Below, one piece after another: positions 41,082-53,000 of a stretch of 64,000 nt of DNA; position 1 is the first letter of the stretch; the number at the start of each line of letters is the position of its first letter. The notes beneath the pieces were generated by a model. The model was not told the origin of the DNA. It worked only from the letters and a program-made list of their open reading frames with translations, and did no database searches. This DNA is from Lingula anatina (Eukaryota > Animalia > Brachiopoda). The stretch spans positions 54,848,788-54,912,787 of the forward strand of contig CM120640.1 of assembly GCA_051362555.1 (NCBI GenBank), in the 5' to 3' direction. The translations under genes were made by a program, and so were the position numbers.

Positions 41082-44000
41082 ATGGAGACCGAAAGTAGCT
41101 CACCCGGGACACCAGAGCACGGTAAGAACAGGCTTAGAAACGCGTATGTTATAGTATAAACATAAAAACTTTTACGGATGGAATTTCGATGCATTGCCAC
41201 GGATGACAACAGTGACTTGACAGAGACAGTGACACGACATACGTCCTTCGTTTAACTAAGGAAATATGTCAGTTTCTGACATACCCTACCCTGTTTCTTA
41301 TCAGCCGGTAATTGATTTTCACCTGCCATTTAGATCAGTGATGAATTGAGAGAGAGAGAGAGAGAGCTCTGCGGAGAGGGGATGAGATAGAGACACCACT
41401 GGCACTTTCTGACAGAAGAGCCCAAGAGTATTTGTAAAACACTGCAGATCTATAGTGCCTTCATTGGCATTCTGATACCAGACAAGCCATTCAAATACAT
41501 AGGCATCAATACAAGAAGAGAAAAAGCACAAAAGTTTATGTGATAGTATTCCCATTAGTATTCCCATTTCTGGGGTAGCGCTAACACTCGCCAATTTAGC
41601 CAAATGCTAAAACTGACTGAAATTGGCTAAAGAAAAAAGGCCCGATTTGACTTGCTTTAGTCAAATTATAACCATTTTGATAACAAGTTGACAAAAAAAT
41701 GGTGATTTGGCTAAACGAAAAAAATTGCTAGCGCTATCCCAGCATTTATATGTTTCTCATTAGGGAGGTCAGGTCACACCACTTACACAGCAGAAATTGG
41801 AAAAAATCTAACCTTGCTGTGTTTTCCATCATAACTTCCAAGATTTGGGTCCTATGGTAAATATAAAAATATATTTAGAAAGTAAATTTAATGGGCTTTT
41901 TTACAATATCTGTAACAATGTATAATCTCTGCGTTGTAAACCTCCAGCCATGGAAATACCGCGAGAAATCGCCAGTGATTTCACTTCCTTGTTCCCACCA
42001 TTTACGAATCTTGTTCAACCTGTGCGTTTCGCAGCATTTTTCTAAAAGCTTTGTACGGCGTCCCGGGTGCTATTTCCATGGATTTGACCACACATTCGTG
42101 TAGAGGATGAACCAACCTTTCGAGTGAGGGGTTACAGAAGGTAATATAACCGAATACAGCAGCCACAGCTAGCTTTTTAAGTTTTTAATCGCGTTTTAGA
42201 GTTTGAATAATGAAGTTTGCAAAGTTCTGTAACCCCTACCTAGATATTTTAACTAATTCTCTTTTTAAATTAGTTATTTATAATATTTGTCATTTTTTGC
42301 TAAGACGTAGCTGGAACAGCCTTTAGAAAATTTGTGATTTTGATCTTACCGCAGGCAAAATGGGGGACGCACCAAGCTGTTCTGCTGATAAAAAACTCAT
42401 GTACTTTCAGCACCCAAAGAGGCTCGAGATACCAGAGTATCAAACTGGAAAATACTCGAATTGTTCACAAAACAAGGATATTATTAAAACGACTGCTATT
42501 TACAAATATAGAGTTAATTTTATGCCTGATAACAGTGAAGAGGTACTAGTACATGATTTAGCCATTTACAGGAAACTGAAATTGGTCCATGATTCTGCAT
42601 TGTTATTGAGAGGTAAAAAAAGAGAGACTTACTTAGATAAGGACTTTTTGCACCCAAGAAATAGAGCACAGTACATATCTGAAGAAATAAAGGATACTCC
42701 CAGGAAGAAAAAAATAAGGAAAGAGCTTCACACGGTCAAAAAACAAAATACAAGTTTGAAATGAAACTAAGAAGCAAGTGTAAATGAAATTGAAAGGCTT
42801 GATGATGAGAATGAAAAACTAGCTGATGACTATGAGACCACATTGTCATCAGCTAGTCATGTTCTATCGAAATTGTCTCAGGAGCATAATACAGAAAAAG
42901 ATAAAAAAGCTGAGCTTCAAAAGCAAATGTCAATAATTCAAGCTGAATATGAAGAAACCAAAAAATCACTTGCAGAAGCCAGGACAGAACTAGATCAATC
43001 CAGTGTGAAGTACTTAAATTTAAAAGTAAACAGGAAAGTAGAAACTAATAAGAAGCAGAAAGCAAAAATTAGAAAACTTTCAAAAGATCTCTCTGACAAA
43101 GATAAAAAACATCAGAAGGATTTGAATGAGAAAGAAAAAGAAAAAGAGCAGGAGAAAACCATATCTGATGACAAGGATGCCGAAATAAAGCAGTTACTAA
43201 AAGAAAAAGCAAAATTACAGAAAAAAAAATACTATCGGAAGAAGACACTCAATAAAGAAGTAGAGTCTTTTGATAAATTAAAAGCTGGCATTGAACAAGA
43301 AAGAATAGAGGTTGAGTTAAAAGAAAAGGAACTTAAAATTAAACAAAAAGAATTTGATTACTTACAGATAGTATTAGAAAGTGAGGAAATCCAAACATTC
43401 CATGATGGAATTTTTAATGATAACATAAGACTCTGTATCATGGAGCTTCTCAGTATGAATGTTTCTGTCAATAAAGTGAATGAAGTTGTTTAGACTGTTG
43501 TAAAACGACTAACAAACAGAGAAATTCAGAGGTTGCCATCTAAGGGCTTGAGGTGTCAACTTCTCATTGAAGCTAGACATCTTGCTGACATACAGGTTGG
43601 CCAAGCAATGCTGCAGAACCCGGACTTGAACAATGTGCTTGAGAACACACTTCATGGAGATGGTACCACTAAGTATCACAGGCATTTCCAGAACTTTTAA
43701 ATAACCTCAACTGATGGTACAACTCTCTCTGCAGGATTGACTGAAACTGTAAATCAGGATGCAAAATCAATCTTGCAGTGTTGGAAAGAGAGAGTTTCTG
43801 AAATTGCAATAGCTATTTCTGGGTGTAATGCAGGTACAGATACTGTAAATGAAAAGGTAGATTTGTTGGTGGCCTCAATAAAGAACACAATGAGTGACCA
43901 ATGTGCAACAAATGGTTTGTTCAATAAACTGCTGGCTGATCTCAGATCAGAAGTTATTCCTAAAGTTGTAGAAAATTGGGACATGCTTGGAGAAGAGGAT

Positions 44001-47000
44001 CAGTCTAAATTGACAGATATGGGTAATTTCTTTTGTAAAGTACACCCTTTCCTTAGTTTTGCAGAAGAAGCAAATAAAACTCTTGCAATTTGAAAACTCA
44101 GTGCTAGATGGAAAAACTAAATTTGCTCTGCCAGTTGCTGGTGATTCTGGTGCATTCAGGCTTGTTCGAACTGCATGTGCAGCATTTCAAAAAAAGAGGA
44201 AACCAACAAGCTGGAGTTTCAGAGGACTTTAAGTCCTACTTAAATGAACTTCGAGCAAGTTTGTTTCTTATCCAGCTTGAAGGCAACAGGTTCAGTGTAG
44301 GATTTTATAATGGTGGTGCAGTTTATCACCATCAGAAACACATTAGTGATTTTATTCAAAATAAACATAAGCAAAATAGACTTTTATCAGCTGTTCTTGA
44401 AGATGCCCAGAACAAAATCTATCTTGCTGGTTTGCAGGCACTGGGCATTGTGTCTAAATTAATTACTGGCCCATACTTTCGTCTTGATGGAGACAATGAA
44501 CATATTCTTGACATAAATCCACATCTGCATCAGCTTCAGCTATCTCTGCAGCGATTTGCAAAAGACTCTAGTCAGTTAATGAATGGTGAAGGTGCATTGG
44601 GGGAGGATGTGGTGGCAGTTAAGAAGGATGAAATGTATGAAAACCTGCTGAAGAGAACTGATGATGAATTTGATGTACTAACCCGCCAAAAAAGAAGAGC
44701 TGAATTTCTAGAACTTGGGATAGCTAGGCTAGCTTTGAGCAAACAAAAATAGTTAGAAGACAGGGAGAAAAAACAGCAGAAAAAATTTGCTATTGCCATG
44801 CAAACCCAAGTGTTAGATGGTCCATGGACTTCAAAGAAAATGATAGAGGAAAAGTTGAATGATTTAGATGAAAAAAACAAAATTGATGCATTATATTGCC
44901 AGCTTCAGTACCACCATGTTGTTTTGAATTCCTCAGCACCAGAAAACTACTATGTTAAAAAAAAACACATACTTTGAGGGGTAAAAAAAAAAAATAGAAT
45001 TTAATTCTACAGAAATGACTGCCCATCTTTTGGAAATTGTTTCATTAAATCTTAAAAAATGCAAAGAAAAAAATTGATTTTGATACTGTGGTGGTAGGTT
45101 AGGAGATAGAACCAGTGTTCCAAATCGCTGATGTTTTAAGGCGAGAAGAAATTACCAGGAAACAAAAAGATAATTCAATGTCTAGACTAAAGGAGGCAAG
45201 GTTGAAAAGGAAGTCAACAAGAAGTAGTCCTGATGGAGAAACTTCTTAAAGAACTGAACTTTTAGTTAATAAAAGAATCCAACACAAGAGTCAAGAAACA
45301 TCGAAGGACATCCCAGAATGGTATGATGTAACTGACATCAGGGTAGAAAAGCTATCCAAAAACATTGTTCAAACAAAGCATGAAATCACATATGATCTCG
45401 ATGGGCCTAATGCTTTTTTCACCTTTGAACTCATAAATGAACTTAAAAAGGGAACCTTATAGTCCTGTGGTAAATGCAATAACTCTGGAATGGTGAAATG
45501 ACAATCAAGCTAAAGTGAACAAGGGTAGGTTTTTTAAACAAAAGAGTTAAAAATTCCTGAAACTGACATTATGTGATGACAGTCTCTTTAAAAAAATTGA
45601 ACTGGTTTCTATCTACCTAGTTGCTATGGTAACCAAAATCAGGTTATATTTTTGGAAAAATAATAACTTACCAAAATCAAATATTATTTCCATTGTACAT
45701 TCTGGCATTTTACACTACTTAAATCTGTGATTGCCATTGTAATATTGGTTGCCATGGCAACAGTGCCTTTGTATTTATTTATTACTCAACTTATTTTCAT
45801 ATATTGAGTACCAAAAGAGTGTTTTCCATTTATATTCAGTTGAAAATTAATGTATGCAATCCTATATGCAATTGCTGTTGTAGCATTGGTTGCCAAGGCA
45901 ACAGTGCCTATGTATTTTTCTATTATTCATCTTCATTTCATATATTGAGTGACCAAAAGATTGAGTGTCTTCCATTTCTTATTCACTTGAAAAATTCATG
46001 ATAATGTGTAAAATATAATTCAAACTGTTACCATAGCAACAGCTATCATAATGTTGGTTTCCATAGCAACAGATACATTAGAAGCCATTGTTTTTGTTTT
46101 CATTGATGACACATTTTATTTACTAATTTTAGCATCTTTTTTCCCCCCAAAAGTAGCCTTTGGACAGTGATTTTGAAGCATCACAGTTGAAATATCGAAA
46201 AAAGTATTGATGTTTATTGACATTTAGCAATGGTTGCCATGGAAATCATGGATAAATTCCACAAAATTATATATTGGCAGATTCCTCTTGGCATAGTGTA
46301 ACTGGCTTAAAATTTCAAATCAATATTTTACTCCATTCGAAAGTCATGCCAATTTTGTTTAATTGATTTGGCAATTGGGTGACACTTTTGGCTTCCATTG
46401 TTACATATGTTTGCATGCAAGACTTTCAAAATTTTGTGGCAAACTTGCATTCTTATAAATTTAATAACTTTTGATTGGTGTGCTCGATTTTCAAAAAATA
46501 AGATGTTTTGGAAAGCTCTTGAATTGCTCTATCAGATAACACCAATTTGACAGAAATCAATTTGACTTCCAAAAGTTATCTGACCTCCCTACTTCTGAAT
46601 GCATAGAACAGGTCAAATCATGATACAAGATTTTTACCTGCAGAAATCAAACTACTGCATAGAATTGTATAGAAGTTGCTTGGCCCACGTGGTTGGACAA
46701 GAATTTGTTTTGGGGCAGACAATTTCTGACCTACTTTGTGCAACCAGAAGCCATGAAACCCAGAAAGCACAGTACATCAAAATCATGTTGCTTCATCAGA
46801 TGAAACAGCATTGTAATCCCAAAGTCTTTATTGGGAAATTAGTTTAAACCATTAAATGAGACTATGTAGTTTTGCATTGGACTTGTATGCTGGTAATAAT
46901 TCCAGTTTACTTACATTTTTGAAAAAATGTTTTTCACATTCTAATTGCTTTTAAAGATACTGTGGATGTGGGGGCTCTTCGTGCCAGGATATTACAGATG

Positions 47001-50000
47001 GAGCAAAGCCAAGAAGAACAGGCCAGAACACGGCAAGCACAGGAAGCAGAGTTTGGACGAAAAAGGGCCCAGTTTATGGACATGTTTAAGAAGAAAGAGG
47101 GTAAAGCAGTGTAATGTTTTTGTGCATGTATCAATCATTAATTTTAAAAATACTAATAGGAGCTTAAACTTCTGCTCTCTATCTTGTAATGTTTATTGTA
47201 CAGGACTTTCAAAGATTTAAAATTGATTGCTTTGAATAAGGTTAACACATGTTATCTAACACAAACTGAGGCAGAGCCATAATATATCTGCTTTGAATTG
47301 TCAATTTAGTTGTATGAAATCTTTTCTTAAGGGTATTGTAAGGGTTTTTCATCTAGATGTAGTGAAAATGAGTTTTTTCTTGCATCTATTTATTTAATTA
47401 TGCAGCTACTTTGTGCTGACATAAAACAATAAAAACCCCTTTGAAAATATATACATTTACAGTATCTTTAACATTTATTTTTATAGGACTTTATCAAGTG
47501 GTCCTAAAGCATTGATTCTTAAATATATATTTTTTTATTTTGTCTATAGAAATAAATAATAAAAAATATGTGCTTAATATGAAAATAAAAATAACTCAAA
47601 AGCATGTAAAGTAAGTACTCCTTTCATACACACACATACATATTCACCTACGTGCACTCATACTCGATTTAACTTTAGTGGTATATGTCCTAAATCTTTT
47701 AACTGGACAAAAAACATTCTGCAAGAAACTATTGATTCTTAAAGCTTATGTGTATATAAAAATTTGGTGACAATAGAAGTACAGACAAGTCATGTAATGA
47801 TGTTTCCATTTGAAACATTCCATGTGATAAACAGAAGAACTGAAGGAATTGCAACATGTCTTTGGTACCACCAAAAAAGAAAATGACAACTTGAAGGAAG
47901 AACTTCATCGCTTGAAAACCGAGCTTGAAGACTTCCATACTGCTACTGATCTGTTCAAGCAAGATGCAATGGAGGATATGCAGCTTAAACACCAGCAGGA
48001 GTTAGCATCCATGCAACAAATTATGGAGGGTAAGATTCCCAACCCTTTATCAGGATGTTAGACTTAAAATTTGCACCACATGCTCATTTGGCCAAAGATG
48101 GGTAAATTAATGAATAAAATCAAGAAAAGAGTTGGCTAGTGGCCCCATCACACTGTTTGCCGTAGCATAAATGCTTGAAAATTTTCCTGTTTGTGAATAC
48201 TTTTTTTTTGCACCGTGTTTGCTCCCCACATCTATCTGTCCTCCAGTTCATAGATATCTAAGTGATGGGTTTGACACTTGCTTTCATGCTTCATTCAGTT
48301 GTACTGCTGAGAAATGTGTAAGGATTTAGAAAAGATTGGATGATAACATGATAAGCTGAAGCTGTCTATAAGGATTTCCTATATTTTCCCATTTTATGTC
48401 AGAAGCTACAGAGGGAGTGAGAGATTCTGTGAGAGCTCAGTATGAACAAGAAAGAGCAAGCCTCTTGAAGACCAGAGAAAGGTTGGAAGCAGAAGTGCAG
48501 GAACTGAAAAGCAAACTGACCCAAGAAAGGTTTGGTGTCCTGTACACTATCTTTACTTGAAAGTAAGGGTTTTCCCAGTGAACCATCTAGCTGTCATTTG
48601 AACGCCCACCAGCATCACAGGACAGCCTATTTTTACAAAGGTGGCTGGATGGCTTATGGATTTTTTAAAAAATATGATGGCTTTAGGCATACTTGGGCTC
48701 CCTGAAATTTTGTAAGAAATTACAGGTGGCAATTTTGGATGGCCTGCACCCCCAATCCTGGGAAAAGCCCTGCTTGGTAGAATTCCTTTGTCTTTTGCAT
48801 AATCTCATTATAATTGAAAACATTTAAGTATAACTTTGTTTAATATACAGGGATGAGAATTTTCCAACTGTCAGTGGAAATAAGACTTTTTGGAGGCCAA
48901 AATATCATTAGCCTATGCTGGATCTCTCACCATACTTTCTGAATTTTTCACTTAATGGCAGTCTCATCCCTGAATATATTAAAATATTATTTTCTAATCT
49001 AAACACAGTGCACCAACCAGCACCAAAGTAGCATTGGATACGTGTACTTAGTCTCTATTGCACTTTGAAAGTCTCCACATTATGAATGTGATATTATTGG
49101 AATGGATTGATTGATTTACATTTGATTTGTCTAATTCAGAGAAGGGTTTTTGTCGTCTGTAACAAAAACCTTGAAAAGAGTTGGTGTTGGAGCTCAGTCT
49201 GAAGCAGAAAACTTAGAAGAACATATGAAAAAGGTGAGTTAAATTAGTATGCAGTTTACTAAATATTAAGTTTTGTCAGGAAAATAAACATGAGAGAGAA
49301 AGGTTTTATTTTCTTAAACTTATGATTAATTATTAATCAAGAAAATGTCATTTATTTAAATTTTTCCATAAGACAGAAATGTTATTGTACAAGTGATGCA
49401 TGTTTCAGAACTCCACACATCATATTTTTGTATGCAGTGTGCAGTGCCTTATACCTGATTTTATTCTTGTTTGGAGTATGCCATCTAAAAAAAACTAATC
49501 TAGATTAATTTCTGTTTCCATCCCTTAACAGGGTTTTACTAGCTATATTTATCCTGAGCATGTAAGAGAACAATTCACACTGTGCTTACTAAATAAATAA
49601 GTGACAAAAAATTCTTTATACTAAATATGAAAATTGATTTTTTATGATTAAGCTGCTTTAAACTGATAATTAAACCTTATTAAATGGTATCTGACAATAT
49701 TTAGTAGAGTATTGTTATTTAAAAATTGCAATTGATCAAAATCAGCTGCATGTTATATGTAAAGTCATGAAAAATAATGAAATAATGTTGATTGGATATA
49801 TATATATATATGTGCACATGGTTTAAGTAGTAGCATTGCACTGTGTTTAAAAGTTATAATGGTTAATTTGTGTGCTTAGTGATGGGTTCAAATGGATTTC
49901 GGATTAAAAATATTCTTAGAAAAAAGTAGAGCACACTGTACTTTTACAGATTGTTTGCACAATTATTACTAGTTCAGAATTATTCACAGTAACTGACTCC

Positions 50001-53000
50001 CATTATGATTAAGCACGTTGACATGCTTTTGTTTAAGATGCTATTCTCAATTCCATGGAATATGTTGCAAGTCTAAATATTGAAAATTGGTTACTTTCTG
50101 GAGGTTTATGAATGTAACTTAGAAAAGTCAAGCTATAACGCTGTCATACAGCCAATACAAGCTTGCGCCTATTAAGCCTAGCTTTTTCACTGCAAGGCCC
50201 AAGAGGATGCTCAGATGTTGAAATCAGTGGTATTACCCTTGGAAGAAGAGATTGAGTCACTCAAGACTAAGCTACGAGAATATGAAGGCCAGGTAAGTTG
50301 GTTCAGGTGTTGTGCTCACTGTAGAAGTAATCTGGGCACATTGGAGCTATAGCTGTGCACTGTGGTGGTATTTGGTTACAGGGCATCCTGTTTTCAACTC
50401 CCTTTAGCTGCTGTCTTTTCATGCACCCCTATGTTGTAAACACCCTGAGCTTCAGAACACCTTTAGGTTTGGCAAACTTTTTTTTTACCCTGGGAAAAAG
50501 TTAGATAAAATGGAAATATATTAAAAAATGAAAATGTTCATGAGCTGAACTGAAACTTGGGGTTCTCCTTGTGATGCAGCAATGTGCGGAACTGGCTTCC
50601 CTTGGTGTGCTTTGTGTTATTTGTTAATTTGGATATTCTTTTCTTTTTCTTGCTTTCTTATCCTACTATGCACGGTGGCTTATCCGTCTGTGTGGTTGCT
50701 TTTCAGCGAGGCCTGTCCCCATCGCTAGTGGAATTTGAACGTCGTGAGAAGTCACGATCCAGAAGTCAGTCACCAGCATTGGATCTGGATGAGAAGGTTT
50801 GTTATACCAGACATGAGACCACTCAAAGAAAAGTATTGTTGAGAAATCTCTTGAACCCATGTTTTGTATCAGAAGAATGGATAGTGAATACTGTTGAGAA
50901 ATAGTGCTTTGCTGGAGTCACAACTGCTAACTTTCTAACTGTGGGGAAATTTTTGTAGGGTATGGTAAGAAGTGTATTAAAAAAAAACACCAATTTACTG
51001 TTATGCATATAACCATTGGATATTTTGTGCAATATGTAAACAAGGAACCATAACTTTGTTGTTGTTTAATCAAACAGTTTGCTGTTTTTTCGTCAAGGTG
51101 AAGGAACTTAATCATTCTCTGGAGGTTGAGAAGTCATCTCGCACTGACCTGGAGATGTACACAGCAGTCCTCAACACACAGAAGTCAGTCTTGCAAGATG
51201 ACAATGATAAACTGAGGAAAGAGTTGCATGAAGGTATGGAAAATGCAGTTACTATTTAAATACATAATTGGATAGTGGCTTTAATATGTATGTCAAGTCA
51301 CTTTATGACATTGCAAACCAAGCGTTTGCATCATGTAAACAAGGTTTCAGTCAGTCGGCGATAATATTCCATCTTTAATAATACAGTAAATATTGGTTCT
51401 GTAGCCTGCATCAGTTTGCAATAGTTTTTGTGCATTGTGAAGCCTTGCCCCCATTCAGACCCAAGAATAGTAAGAACTGGATCATTTTCTTCCTTTTCAC
51501 AAAATTGGTTTACTTTTTGATTTACTTCCTTAAAGTACTGGACCTCTTTCTGAAGTGATGATCCTTCTTTTACAATTAAGCTGTTTAGTTTTTTTAAGAA
51601 ATGTTCATAGAGGAGATATTCTGAATCAGCAAGTTCTTGATATTTCTTTATCACTGAAGAGTTGATATTTTTAACTATGTTTGAAAGATAGTTCATTGAC
51701 GAGCTAACTGTAAGTTTCATGTTGATGATGTCTTGCAATTCCCAACACAGATAACGTTTCAGTAGAACTAAACTCTCATCCAGTCTTTCTGATATGAGCA
51801 CGAGATTAAACTCCCTGTCCAGTAGGCGGACGAATTCCTGTTTCTGTACTGATGATACTTTTCTACCAGTCAATCCAAGATATCTTGACATCCTATTGAT
51901 AATTGCCTTGGAGCCTGTGTGAGTATAATGCCATGGTGAACTGAAGAACTGTTCTAGTTCATTAGGACCCTGAATATGTAATATAGCACTCATACTGTTA
52001 TAATTGTAATCTGACTTAAAACGAGCAAAAGGCTCTCGCAGACATGTTATATACATTGTATCATTTGGGAGGAGATCTTTCAGCATTGTCCTGTTATAAG
52101 AACCATGATGAGCCATTAAATCGTAGGTTTCTGATTTATCAATTGGATTGCGGTATATATGCCTCTTAGCTGCACCACTTTCGTTGAAATATCCCAGGTA
52201 AATGTTGTCATCTGCAGGTAGAGCAATGTTCAGCTTGTTCCTCAGACTGTAGCGAAAGAAGATATTTGAAATTGTCGTTGAGGCGGTTTTAGGAATTTTG
52301 ATGAATGCAATGTGTGATTTTGGCCGACATGTTCGTGGTTGGATATTGTGTCCTTTTGGAGCCAGTAGGTATTTGAAGGAAATTGCATCATTCATCATAA
52401 GACTGCTGTCATCTTCGGTGCTGGCAGTCTCTGGCACTGTCCTGAAGTACAGAGATGTTTTATCAGTAAGCAGCAAGGAAGGATAACTGTAAAGCAGACT
52501 GAATAGAACACATTACATTCATTTTGTGGCTCCTATTTTACTTGGGTTTCATAATAAGGACTGGAACACAGTAAAAGTTCAGTATTGTTTTATATACTAA
52601 AAGATTTGTTGAAAGATTATACTTACAGGCTAACATCTTTTTGTGCCAGTGCTTTTTTCCTTAAATCCACATCTTTTTGAAAGGAGGAAACATATTCTTT
52701 ACACTGTCTGTCTTGTATTAATAGTATGTATGTAGCTGCAGTGAATAAACTCACTGACATACTTAGAGCACCTGCCTTCCATGACAGTCTGGGCATTATC
52801 AAAAGTGCTACTAAGTCAAGGCCCCTCACATAAAAGGAAATAGCATTTAATGCAGATTTGTAGATTTAAATGCAAACCTTAAATACACTGGTTGGCAATT
52901 GGACAAATCATCATATTGCAGATATACTTTTTGAAGTTATGAATGCTTTTTTCTGTCTAAGCTTAAAATAGATTAGCCCATAAAAGCAAGTGATGCCCTT

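Noticed and set aside
42843-43493. Coiled-coil ORF as a RABEP1 exon
   Set aside because: It lies inside the TIR-bounded element and continues in frame through a stop into transposase motifs.
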